This document shows positions 24,105 to 36,454 of a DNA stretch of 64,000 nucleotides, piece after piece; within the stretch, counting starts at the first letter, position 1; the number at the start of each line of letters is the position of its first letter. The notes below the pieces were generated by a model. It was not told the origin of the DNA. It was given only the letters and a program-made list of their open reading frames with translations, and ran no database searches. Position numbers and translations under genes: made by a program. The DNA comes from Vicugna vicugna (Eukaryota), in NCBI GenBank assembly GCA_013265495.1, contig MU061560.1, positions 868,001 to 932,000 on the forward strand, given 5' to 3'.

Positions 24105-25318
24105 CCTGTGACAGTACACTCAGCGACTCTTCTTCCCAGCTGAAGCAACCCTGCCTACCACACACCACAGCTCAGAAACGGGTCTAGAAGCCTCTATTCC
24201 AGCAACGGGGGAGCAGACCTGGCACCTGTCAGGGCTGTGACAACCACAGAACCATAAAGGAGGCCCCGCTCCACAACAACAATCAAGGCAGGCTCTGATC
24301 ACATCACCAACCACTCCCCAATCAAAGGGATAAGAGCCAACACACATGGAAGAAAGATGTGGCAACCATCCATACTGAGAACAGCCCTTGCAACAAAACT
24401 ATTGGACAAACAGTCTACACAGGAAAGCTCCCACTTTAAATAAAAACAAACAATAACAGCCCTTCAAGACCACAGCAGATAACTGATACTCCTAAATCAT
24501 AGAGCCAGAGAGATACAAGTAAAATGATGACTGAAAACTTTTCAAACTTAAAGAAGGACATAGATATCCAAGTACAGGAAGCACAGAGGATCCCAAACAA
24601 GAAGAACCCTAATAGCCCGTAACAAGACATATTATAATTAAGATGGCCAAAGTTACAGATAAGGAAATGATTCTAAAGACAGCAAGAGAAAAGCAAAGAG
24701 TTAGTTACAGGGGAACCCCCATAAGGCTCTCAGCTGATTGCTCTACACAAACACTACAGGCCAGAAGGGAGTGGCAAGGCACATTCAAAGTCCTGAATGA
24801 AAAAAAGATGCAGCCTAGGATGCTTTATCCAGCAAGGCTATCCTTTAGGATAGAAGGAGAGATAAAGAATTTCACAGACAAGCAAAAAGTAAAAGAGTTC
24901 AGTAACACTAAACCTATGCTAAAGGGAATGTTGAAAGGTCTACTCTAAATAGAAAAGAAGCAGGAAGACATAGAAATGAGAAAACCATAATTGGAAATGG
25001 CGATAGCTACAATGGGCTACAAGAGAATAAACATGAAAATGTTAAAAAAAAAAAAAAGGACATCAAAATTCTAAAAGGTGGGGAAGGGGGAAAGAAAATA
25101 TAGATTTTTTTTCCTCTCACTTTTTTTTCTTTTGTTTTTTCTTCATTCTTTTCAGGATGTGTTTGAGCCTACATGACCACCAGTCTAAAGCAAACAAATA
25201 ATAGTATGGGATTAACATGCTTGAAAAACAAGGTAACCACAAATCAAAAGCATACAATAGAGTCACAAAAACCAAAAAGAAACCAAGCTAATACAAAAGA
25301 AAATTATCAAACCAGAAA
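24105..25318 (+). mobile_element. L1 5' UTR, internally deleted ORF1 and inter-ORF region; no ORF2
   Basis: GC-richer 5' UTR, ORF1 C-terminal frame at 24643-24948, inter-ORF text homologous to 31790-32200. Confidence 0.85.
24643..24948 (+). pseudogene. L1 ORF1p C-terminal remnant
   Basis: KEMILKTAREKQRVSYRGTPIRLSADCSTQTLQARREW...YPARLSFRIEGEIKNF are typical ORF1p motifs. Confidence 0.9.
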
Positions 25319-25998
25319 AATACCATATGATACCACTTATATGTGGAATCTTAAAAAAAAAAAAAAGACAAATGAACTTATTTGCAAAACAGAAACAGAC
25401 TCACAGACAGAAAACAAACTTATGGTTACTGGGGGTGGGGAAGAGGGTGGGAAGAGATAAATTCGGAGTTTGAGATTTGTTGATACTGGCAGGTATATAT
25501 AAAATAGATAAATATAGTGCAGGGAAATACATTCAATATCTTATAGTAACCTATGGTGAAAAAGAATATGAAAATGAATCTAGGGGCAGGGGGTGGGAAG
25601 GGATAGACTAGGATTTCAAAATGTAGAAATAGATAAACAAGATTATACTGTATAGCACAGGGAAATATATACAAGATCTTACAGTAGCTCACAGAGAAAA
25701 AATGTGACAATATATATATGTTCATGTATAACTGAAAAATTGTGCTCTATACTGGAATTTGACACAACATTGTAAAATGATTATAAATCAATTAAAAAAT
25801 GTTAAAAAATAGATAAACAAGTTTATGCTGTATAGCATAGGGAACTATATTCAACATCGTGTAGTGGCTTGTGGTGAAAAAGAATATGGAAATGAATATA
25901 TGTATATTCATGTATTTCAAAAGCATTATACTGTACACCAGAAATTGACACAATATTGTAAATGGATTATACTTCAATAAAAATGAAAAAAATAATAG
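25319..25998 (+). mobile_element. Three head-to-tail L1 3' UTR pieces (25319-25580, 25581-25805, 25803-25998)
   Basis: The block 'aaatagataaa...tagcacagggaa...gtgaaaaagaatatg' recurs three times with subfamily-type differences. Confidence 0.85.
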
Positions 25999-26069
25999 AA
26001 AGGCATCACAGTGTGCATTCTATGTCAAAATTTTTCAAAATTAGGTATCAGTCTACCTATTTCTATACA

Positions 26070-26240
26070 TGCTAACTCATTTACTTCTCAGAGTAAACAT
26101 ATTATTTCCCCCATTTTATAGATGGGGAAACTGAAACAGAAGTTAATCACTAATGGAAGGGTACATGGATGGTAAAAGGCAGAACTGTGGTTTGATTCCA
26201 GGCCATCTGGTTTTATAGTCCAAACTGAGAATGTCCCTGC
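26070..26240 (-). mobile_element. MIR
   Basis: 'attatttccccattttatagatggggaaactga...tttgattccaggccatctgg'. Confidence 0.8.
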
Positions 26241-26569
26241 CATATTCTATAAGGTGACTGTAGCGTAAGAATTGCCTAGTTTTGTTGTTTCCTAAATCTT
26301 CTCCAACTGACATTTTTGGATATCAAGATGAACTAATCTTTTTAAATTTCAGGTACATCAGGAAGCTGGTTTTTCTTACAACCTTTACAAGAGAGTTAAT
26401 CAAGTGGGTATAAATATTTTAGTTGAAATATAAAATATGAGCTGTTTTAGGGCTTATAAATGTAACTATGTTCATTGAAATCAAGTGCTGGAGTATTAAA
26501 GTTTACATTTGACTTCTGAAGAGCAAGAAAATGGATTGATCTGCATGAGTTAGCATTAATACATCTACT

Positions 26570-27328
26570 TTCTTATTGAGGTATAGTTAGTTTACAATGT
26601 TGTGTCAATTTTGGTGTACAGCACAATGCTTCAGTCATACATGAATATACATGTATTCATTTTCATATTCTTTTTCACTATAAGCTACTACAAAATATTG
26701 AATATAGTTCCCTGTGCAATGCAGTATAAACTTGTTTATCTATTCTATATATACCAGTCAGTATCTGCAAATCTTGAACTCCCAGCTCACCCCTTCCCAC
26801 ACCCCTTCCCACTGGCAACCACAAGTCTGTATTCTATGTCTGTGAGTCTGCTTCTGTTTTATACATATGTTCATTTGCCTTTTTTTTTNNNNNNNNNNNN
26901 NNNNNNNNNNNNNNNNNNNNNNNNNNNNNNNNNNNNNNNNNNNNNNNNNNNNNNNNNNNNNNNNNNNNNNNNNNNNNNNNNNNNNNNNNNNNNNNNNTAT
27001 TTTTATCTTATGGCTGAGTAGTATTCCATTGTATAAATATACCACATCTTTATCCAGTCATCTGTCCATGGACATTTAGGTTGTTTCCATGTCATGACTG
27101 TTGTAAATAGTGCTGCTATGAACATTTGAATGAAGGTTCCCTTTTGATATATGCCCAGGAGTGGGATTGCTGGGTCATATGGTAACTCTGTGTTCAGTCT
27201 TTTGAGAAATCTCCATACTGTTTTCCACAATGGCTGCACCGAACTGCATTCCCACCAACAGTGTAGGAGGGTTCCCTTTTCTCCACACCCTTTCCAGGAT
27301 TTATCATCTGTGGACTTTTGAATGATGG
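26570..27328 (-). mobile_element. Young 5'-truncated L1 spanning the assembly gap
   Basis: Antisense 3' UTR and ORF2 end ([31 protein letters not shown]). Confidence 0.92.
26889..26997. other. Assembly gap (109 N)
   Basis: Run of N. Confidence 1.
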
Positions 27329-27329
27329 T

Positions 27330-27624
27330 TGAGAGACAAGGTATGAAAGTTCTAAAGGAAGCATAAGAGATGTGGAAAAGGGAGTAAAAAGATTAACATA
27401 TATGTATTTGGGTTACATGATGAGAATACAAATAGGAAAGAAACAATACCTAAAACTATAATGGCATGATTTGTGAAAGAAATAATTGATAAATTGAACT
27501 TCAGTAAATTAAATACTTCTGCTCTGCAAAAGAAATTGTCAAGAGAATGAGAAGACAAGCTATAGAATGGGAGAAAATATTGCAAAAGACCTACCTGATA
27601 AAGGACTGTTATCCAAAAAATATT
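27330..27624 (+). mobile_element. Old L1 ORF1 and ORF2 scraps
   Basis: 'ttctgctctgcaaaaga..tgtcaagagaatgagaagacaagctatagaatgggagaaaatattgc'. Confidence 0.7.
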
Positions 27625-28099
27625 CCCCATGTTTCCTTGAGGTGCGTGGGGTTCACTGAACTTCTTAGAACTATGAATTTGTAATTTTCATCAAATTTAA
27701 AAAAAATTTGGCCATATTTTTCTGATATTTTCTGTCTCTCACCTAACTCCTTTGGGTGTTCCAGTTATATGTGTATGTGGTCACTTGGCACTGTCCCACA
27801 GCTCACCAATGATTTGGGGTTTTTTTAGATTCTTTTTTTCTCTAAGTTTCATTTTGGATAGCTTCTATTGCTCCTTCTAGTTCATTATTTTTTTCTTCAA
27901 TGTCTAGTCAGCTGTTCACCACATTCATTGGGTTTTTCATCTCAGACATTACAAATTTTATCCTTAGAAGTTTGACTTGGATCATTAAACATCTTTCATA
28001 TCTTTATGTAACTTTAACCAAGGAATATAATTATAAGAACTGTTTTAATGCACTTGTTTTCTAATTCTAATGTTTGTGTCAGTTCTGTGTTGATTTTTA

Positions 28100-28234
28100 T
28101 TTTTATTTGTTTTGTTTGTTTGTTTTTTGGGAGAGGTAATTAGGTATTTATTTATTTTGATGAAAGTACTGGGGATTGAACCCAGGACCTTGTGCATGCT
28201 AAGTACACACTCTACCACTCACTATACCCTCCTG
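28100..28234 (-). mobile_element. Vic-1-like SINE
   Basis: Antisense tRNA head; degenerate TSD ctgtgttgattttta / ctatgttggttttta (28085-28099, 28235-28249). Confidence 0.88.
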
Positions 28235-28244
28235 CTATGTTGGT

Positions 28245-28978
28245 TTTTAAAACAGCTTTTTGAGATATACCATACAATTATCCATTTAAAGTGTACAATT
28301 GTATAGTTTTTTATTATATTCACAGATATGTAGAACCATCACCATGTCGATTTTAGAACATTTCCATCATCTTCGAAAGAAACTCCATACACTTTAGTTA
28401 TCACTTCTTAATCCTCCTGTCTCCCTCCCAACCTTAAGAAACCACAATCTACTTTCTGTTTCTATAGATTTCCCTGTTCTGGATTTTCATTTTATTGAAA
28501 TAGAATATGTGGTCTTTTGTGGCTGGATTCTTTCATTGAGCATAGTGTTTTCAAGATTTTCCATGGTGTAACATGTGCAATGTTTCATTCATTTTTATGA
28601 CTGAATAATTTTCAGTTGTATAGCTATATCACATTTTATTAACATACCCATCAGTTGATGGACATTTTGTTATTTCCACCTTTTGGCTATTATGAATAAT
28701 GCTGCTATAAACCTTCATGTACAAGCTTTTGTGTGGACACCTGCTTTCATATCTACTAGGTAAATACCTAAGGGTGAAATTGCTGGATCTTAAGGTAACT
28801 CTATGTCCGATAGTTAGATGAACTACTGCCCTGTCTTTTTCCAAATGACTGTGCCACTTTACATTCCCTCTAGCAGGTGTGAGGATTCCAGTTCCTTCAC
28901 ATCCTTGCCAACACTTTTCATCTGACTTTCTGATTTAGACATTGTGGTAGGTTTGAAGTGGTATCCCATTGTGGCCTC
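28245..28978 (-). mobile_element. L1MB-like 3' end
   Basis: 'aacagctttttgagatata..catttaaagtgtacaa...ctactttctgtttctatagatt..cctgttctgga...gaataatgctgctataaac'. Confidence 0.85.
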
Positions 28979-29361
28979 GTCGGTTTTAGTTGATTTTCCT
29001 CCACATCACGGGTTTTATCTTTCAATTTCATTGTGTACCTGATATTTGTTTTTTATTAGATGCTAGACATTTTGATTTTATTCTGCTGTTTGCGGGTTAT
29101 TTTTATATTCCTATGAATACTTGAGCTTTGTTATGAAACACTGTTAAGTTGCTTGAAAATGATGTGATCCTTCTGGGTCTTGCTATTATTATTTGCTAAG
29201 CAGAATCAGAGCCATATTTAATCTAAGGCTACTTATTCTGACAACTAAGGCAAGATCCTTTGGAGAACTCTATCCAGTGTTCCTCAAATGATGAGGTTTT
29301 CCAGTTTGGCTGGTTGGAACAGGCACTGTGTACAATGGGAACTTTTCCCTTTAATTGTTTT

Positions 29362-29522
29362 TTTTTTTCTTTTTAAAAAAATTAATTAATTAATTAATTA
29401 ATTTTGGTAGGGGGAGGTAATTAGGTCTATTTATTTATTTATAGAGGAGGCACTGGGGATTGAACCCAGGACCTTGGCCATGCTAAGCATGCGCACTTCC
29501 ACTTGAGCTATAACCTCCCTCC
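29362..29522 (-). mobile_element. Vic-1-like SINE with perfect 17-bp TSD
   Basis: TSD ttccctttaattgtttt at 29345-29361 and 29523-29539. Confidence 0.93.
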
Positions 29523-30619
29523 TTCCCTTTAATTGTTTTAAATAGTTGTTTCTTGGCTTCAAGTAATTTCCTCACACACATGTAGTGTTGTTTCATATAT
29601 TTCATCCAGTTTTTTAATTGTTTTAGTTGGGAGGTTAGACCTGATAGCTCTTACTCCCTTTTGGCTGGAAGCAAAACTGCTTGATCTGTATATAAAACAT
29701 CCTAACTTCCCAGACTCACCGTCTCTCAGATCATCTTTTATTTTGTTACAAGAATTATCTTTGTAAACACAAACTTTGTCACTTAAAAAAAAAAACTCAG
29801 ATGGATCTTAATGAAAATTGAGAAAAATAATCCTTCCAAGGTTCAGGGAAATTTTTATCTCTACATCTGCAAGTTCAATTTCTATTCTTTTTTAGATGAT
29901 GTACTGGTACGTTTAGTATTTGAATTTGGTATTTTTGTGTTAAAATTTCTGACTAAAACAAAGACTTTCTCCCATTCTCTTCTACCATTTAAACTGGAAA
30001 TGCCATTTAGATCAAACAGCTGAATGAAAGGACATCTTTTTTTCTGTGTATCTTCATTTGTTAGTAAGCCATATTTTCCTTTTTGGCAAGTTTTGGCATA
30101 CATATTTTGGTTGTCTATGGGCTTGATATTATCCTGAAATTTATGAATCTTCACAGCTTAGGAATAGCTTGATGTAGAAATTATCATTGGATAAACATGT
30201 AGCTCCTTCAAAGCCTGTTAAGATTTGGACACCATTGCAGCAAAGGAGAAAGAATAACTACTTCTAATAGTTTCACTAATCTACATAGAGGCACTCATGA
30301 GAGGTCTCTTCTGTTCTGATTTATATCTTTGAGAAAATTTCAAAAAAAAAATTAAAAATTTGAACACACATCAGAATGAAAGATTTTTTATTTTAAAAGA
30401 ACTGTTCACCTTGTCATTACCAGCAACCAGAAGATCTTATTTTGAATAAATAACTCCTTGACATTTTGACCTATTTCAAAATATTATATGCAATTCAGTG
30501 TCATCTAAAACATTCTTGTCTTCATGATTTTTGTGCCCACCTGTATTACCATCCCTGTTTTGCTTTGTTTGATTTTGGGCATAAAATTTAGATCCCCCTT
30601 TGGTTATCAAAAAAAAAAA

Positions 30620-33278
30620 TCTACTCACACTACCAAAGCAAATCATCTACAACTAAAGACATAAAGAAGGAACCACAGCAAGATAGGTAGAAGGGGCAGA
30701 GTCCTGATATAGTCAAATCCCACACCCTGGGGTGCACTATCCCCAGACAGACAAGAGAACAGTTACAACGGCAGAAGTTCTGCCAAAGGCTGAGCCACAA
30801 GTCAAGCTCCTCAGCTTGGGGGTCCTGTACTGGGAAGATGAGTCCCCAGGTAGTTTGGTTTTGAAGGACAGCAGAGCTTACTTTTGGGAGCCCAAGAAGT
30901 CTGGGAATATAGAGATTTCACTCTTAAATTGTGCACACAAAATCTTGCACAATCCAGGAACCAAGGGAAGCAGAAATTTGAAATGACCCTGGGTCAGCCC
31001 CACCTGCTGATCCTGAAGAGTCTCCTGGAGGGTCAGGAGGAAACTGGAGCTGGGGACACAGACAGTGGTGGAAGCCATTTTGGGGAGCTTGTTCTATCAA
31101 ACACTGGTGCTGGCAAGGGCTATTTTGGAGTACTTCTGGGACCTGGCCCAACCCACCATCCTGTCTGCAAAAGTACTGGGATGCTTCAGGCCAAGTGATT
31201 AGCTGGGCATGGGCACAGCCCAACCCACCAGAAGTCATCTGCCTTAGAACACCCTGAGCCCATAGCCACCCCTGGGCCTGGCCTTGTTCACCAGAGAGCC
31301 CAGGATTTGGCCCACATACGTGAGTGCCAGCATTAGCCCCAGGACCCTCTGGGCTTTGGCCCCACTGACCAGTAGTGGAATATTTGAAGACAAAGTAGCT
31401 AAAAACTTCCCTATCCTAGAAAATGAAACAGACATTCAGATCCAGGAAGCACATAAAATCCTAAACAGGATCAACGTGAAGAGGACCACACCAGGATACA
31501 TGGCAATTAAAATGGCAAATATTAAAAATAAAGAGAGAACATTAAGAGCAGCAAGGTTATCAGCTGACTTTTCAGCCAAAACTCTCCAAACCAGAGGAGT
31601 AAAAAGACATATTTAAAGTGTTGTAAGGGAGGAACCTACAACTGAGCATATGCTCCCTGGCAAGGCTTTTTTTTTTTTTTTTTCAGATTTGATGATGAGG
31701 ACAAAGTTTCACAGACAAGCAAAATTAAAAGAGTTCAGTACCACCAAATTAGCTTTACCAGAAATGTTAAATGACCTTCTCTAAGTACAAAAGAAAAAAG
31801 CCACAACTAGATATATAAAAATCACAAAAGGAAAAATCTCTTTGGTAAAGGTAAATACACTAAAGGGAGTAAATCAATCATATAAAAAGCTAGTAGGGGG
31901 ATTAAAAGACAAAAGCAGTAAAATCATCTAAATCCATAAGAAGAAGCTAAGGGATGACACAAAACAAAAAGTTGCAAAATATGTCAAAAACATTAAACAG
32001 GGTTGAGAGCAAAAATGCATGGTTGTTAAAATGCATTTGAACTTGAGAACTGCAACTAAAATAATTATAGATAGATAGACAGATAGCCATCTATAAACCT
32101 CATGGTAACCACAAGCCAAAAACCTATAATAGATACACACAAAAAATATCCAAAATAACACTAAAGATAGTCATTGAATCAATAGAGAAGAGAATGTAAG
32201 AAGAAAAGAACATAAAAGAACTACAAAACAACCCCAAAACAATGAACAAAATGCCAGTAAGTACATACCTATAAATAATTACATTAAATGTAAATGGACT
32301 AAATGCTTCAATCAAAAGACATAGAATGGCTAAATGGATACAAAAACAAGATTAATATATATGCTAGCTAAAAGAGACTTACTTTAGATATAAAGACACA
32401 TTGGACACATTTTATTTGACTGAAAGTGAGGGGATGGAAAAGTTATTCCACATAAATGAAATAAAAAGAAAGTCAGGGTAGCAATACTTATGCCAGACAA
32501 AACAGACATTAAAACAAAGACTCTCACAGGAGACAAAGAAGGACCTTACATAATGATTAAGAGAACAAGCCAAAAAGAAGATAAAACAACTGTAAATATA
32601 TATGCACCCAATATAGGAGCACCTAAATATATAAAGCAAATATTAACAAACACAAAGGGAGAAATTGACAGTACTAAATAATGTTAGGGGACTTTGACAC
32701 TCCCTTACATAAATGGACAGATCATCCAAACAGAAAATCAATAAGGAAACATGAGTCTTAAATGACACATTAGAGAAGATGAATGTAATAGACATATAAA
32801 GAACATATAAAGAATAAAGACATATAAAGAATCTTTTCAATCATAAAAAGAAACTAGAAATCAACTATAAGAGAAAAACTGCAAAAAACATAAACATATG
32901 GAAGCTGAACAATATACTACAAACAATGAATGGGTCATTGAAGAAATCAAACAGAAAATCAAAATAAACCTAGAGACAAACAAGAACAAAAACAAAATTA
33001 TTGAAAATCTATAGGATGCAGCAAAACATGTTCTGAGATGGAAGTTTCTAGCAGTACCAGCCTACCACAGGAAATAAGGAAAATCTCACCTATAAGAATT
33101 AGAAAAAGAAAAACCAACAAAACTGAAAGTTAGTAGAAGGAAAGAAAGCACAAAGCTGAGAGCAAAAATAATGGAGACAAAAAAAAATTAGAAAAGATCA
33201 ATGAAACTAAGAGCTGATTCTTTGAAAAGACAAACAAAATTTATAAACCAGACTTACTGATGATAAGCTAGACTCATT
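30620..33278 (+). mobile_element. L1 host element, 5' part: 5' UTR, partial ORF1, inter-ORF, ORF2 endonuclease region
   Basis: ORF1 peptide IFEDKVAKNFPILENETDIQIQEAHK; ORF2 start region near 32251 'aattacattaaatgtaaatggactaaatgcttcaatcaaaagac'; endonuclease peptide VNIYAPNIGAPKYIKQIL. Confidence 0.92.
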
Positions 33279-34619
33279 TACTGTGTTCTTGGATTGGAAG
33301 GATCAGTATTGATAAGATGACCATACTACTCAAAATAATATTCAGATTCAGTGCAATCTCTATTAAATTGCCAGTGACATTTTTCAAAGAACTGGAGAAA
33401 AATGTTAATATTTTAAATGTAAAAAATGGAAACAAAAAAGAACCCAAACAGCCAAAAGAATTTTGAGAAAGAAGAATGGAGCTGGGGGAATCACACTCCC
33501 TGACTTCAGACTATACTACAAAGCTACAATAATCAAAACAGTATGCTACTGGCACAAAAACAGACACAATGGAAAAGGATAGAAAGTCCAGAAATAAACC
33601 CACACACTTATGATCAATTAGTGTATGACAAAGGAGACAAGAATATACACTGGAGAAAAGACAGTCTTTTCAATAAGTGGTGCTGGGAAATACTGGACAA
33701 CTACCTGTAAAAGACTGAAATTAGAATATTCTCTAAGACCAGATACAAAATAAACTCAAAATTAAAGACCTAAATGTGAGACTGGATACTATAAATCTCC
33801 TAGGCAAAAACATAGACAGAACACTCTGACATAAATCACAGCAATATTTTTTCAAACCAGCTCCTAGAGTAATGGAAATAAAAGCAAAAATAAACAAATG
33901 GGATTTAGTTAAACTCAAAAGCTTTTGCACAGCTAAGGATACCATCAACAAAACAAAAAGACAACTTACAGAATGGGAGAAAATATTTGCAAATGACATG
34001 ATGGACAAGAGATTAATTTCCAAAATATACAAACAGCTCATATAGTTCAATATTAAAAAAAACAAACCAATCACAAAATGGGCAGAAGATATAAATAGAC
34101 ATCTCTCCAAAGAAGACATCCAGAAGACCAAAAAACACGTGAAAAAATGCTCCACATCACTAATTGTTAGAGAAATGCAAATCAAAACTACAATGAGATG
34201 TTACCTCACATGACATGGGGTGCACCTCCACCTCCAGGCCTGGGTATGCAGGGGCACCCATCTCATACAGACATGACACAGGGTGCGCCTCCACCCCCAG
34301 GAGAATGGCCATCATTCAAAAGTCCACAAACAGTAAATGCTGGAGAAGTTGTGGAGGAAAAGAAACCCTCCTACACAATTGATGGGAATGTAAACTGGGG
34401 CAGCCACTATAGAAGACAATATGGAGGTTCCTCAAAAAACTAAAAATAGGCTTACCATATGGTCCAGCAATCCTACTCCTATTTTATCCAGATAAAAATA
34501 TAATTTGAAAAGAGATAATGCACCTCAGTGTTCACAGCAGCACTATTTACAATAGTCAAGACATGGAAAGAACCCAAATGTCCATCAACAGATGACAGGA
34601 TAAAAAAGATCTGAGATAT

Positions 34620-34661
<42 letters not shown>

Positions 34662-35077
34662 AGCCAGTGGAATACTACTCAGCCATAAAAAATAATAAAA
34701 CAATGCTGTTTGCAGCAACATGGATGGACCTGGAGATTGTTGTTCTACATGAAGTAAGCCAGAAAGAAAAAGAAAAATACCATACGATATCACTTATGGT
34801 ATTGTGTCACAGGGCACAAATGACCTTTTCTACAAAATGTAAACAGACTCACAGATACAGAGAACAAACTTATGGTTACTGGGGGTAATGTGGGTAGGAA
34901 AGGATAAATTGGGAGTTAAAATTTGTACCTTTTGTGGAGTGATGGAAATGCTAATTATTTTGATTGTGGTGGTGGTGTCATAGGTGTACACAAGTATCAA
35001 AATTCATCAAATTGTACATCTGAAATATGTGTAGTTTACTGTACAGGAATTATATCACAATAAAGATATTTAAAAAT
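33279..35077 (+). mobile_element. 5'-truncated L1 (ORF2 C-terminal third plus 3' UTR) inserted into the host L1
   Basis: Starts abruptly at 'tactgtgttcttggattggaagg'; ends with AATAAA and an A-rich tail. Confidence 0.85.
34623..34656. repeat. (CA)n microsatellite inside L1
   Basis: Direct read. Confidence 0.95.
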
Positions 35078-35852
35078 TAAAAAAAGAAAGAGCCAAAATG
35101 AGTAAAATCGGAAATGAAAGAAAAGTCACAACCTACACGAAAGAAATACAAAGGCTCGTAATAGATTACTGTAAACAATTATATAACAATAAAAGGAACA
35201 ATCTAGAAGAAATGGACAAATTCCTAGAAATGTTCCTTCTCCAAAGACTGAATCAGGAAGAAATACAAATGACGAACAGACCAATTACCAGTAATGAAAT
35301 TGAATCAGTAGTAAAAAAAACTCCCAACACACAAAAGTCCAGGACCAGATGGCTTCACAGGTGAATTCTATCAAACATTTAGAGAAGAGTTAACACCTAT
35401 TCTCAGATTATTTAAAAAAAAATTGCAGAGAAATGAATGCTTCCAAACTCATTCTATGAGGCCAACATCTCCCTGATATCAAAACCAAAGAAAGATATTG
35501 AAAAGAAAAAGAATTTTAGGTCAATATCACTGCAAAACTCCTCAACAAAATACTAAGCAAACCGGCTCCACAACACAGTAAAAAGATCACGATTAAGTGG
35601 CATTTATTCCAGGAATGCAAGGATTTTTCAGTATGTGCAGCTCAATCGGTGTGATACACCCCATTAACCAACTAAAGAATAAAAGCCATAGGATTATCTC
35701 AATAGGTGCAGAAAAAGACAAAATTCAACACTGATGTATGTTAGAAAGCTCTCAACCACGTTGGAATGGAAAATACATACCTAAACATAATAAAGTCCAT
35801 CTGGAACAAGCCCACAGCTAGCGTCATACTCCAGAATGAAAAGCTAAAAGCA
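35078..35852 (+). mobile_element. Continuation of the host L1 ORF2 (linker and start of RT), 3'-truncated
   Basis: Peptide KEIQRLVIDYCKQLYNNKRNNLEEMDKFLE; 'ccaggaccagatggcttcacaggtgaattctatc'. Confidence 0.9.
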
Positions 35853-36454
35853 CACGTGGGAAAAGTCCAAGGCAATTTCCAGCTTGATATAACATATCCC
35901 TAGTGGCTCTCTCATTTCTTCATTTTTCTGTACCCCACTCTAGTATCTGTACATTGGTGACTATATTTTACGATGGCAAAGTATACATGTGACATCCTAG
36001 AAACATTCTCAAGAGTGAGTCTAGCCCCCTCGGGTTGTTTTCCCCAACCTGATTATTCTAATCTTTATAAAACTTGATGAATGAAAATTTGCTTATATGA
36101 GAAAACCAAAATTCATAAAGATAGTATTTTCAAATATTTGGAGGGTGGAGTTATGCTCTAAGCTTACATTATTCTAGTCTCATACTCTTATTGCTAACCA
36201 GGTTCCATATACACAATATCAATGTTAGATTAGGGTCACAACGATTAAGAACTGTAAGAAATCATAGAAATGTAAGTCTTTCCAAGCAAAGAGACTAAGG
36301 ACTTTCATTAGATGGGAGCCATCTCTTCAGTCTTTGTAGATTATGCTATCAATAAAAATTATATACAAAGCCATGAAAAATGGTTCTTTGGAGATATGTC
36401 CTTTGCTGGAAATCAATTTTGCCCAGCAGAAAGTCTCTGACTGCCACAATAAAA

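Larger units (their letters stand above)
27625..29680 (-). mobile_element. Old L1M ORF1/5' region hosting three later insertions
   Basis: Antisense 'ggggttcactgaacttctt...ttttcatcaaattt..tttggccat', continuing after 28980. Confidence 0.7.

Noticed and set aside
26353..26403. Possible 51-nt + strand exon (tttcag|GTACATCAGG...AATCAA|gtgggt)
   Set aside because: Mediocre donor and interrupted pyrimidine tract; such matches are expected by chance in 64 kb.
29882..30154. 90-aa hydrophilic minus-strand ORF in unique DNA (also 9586-9768)
   Set aside because: Non-ATG starts, no recognisable homology and no convincing exon boundaries.
33733..34185. 150-aa ORF and similar hydrophobic ORFs at 37866, 39009, 40007 and 45039
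   Set aside because: Antisense frames of A-rich L1 ORF2.
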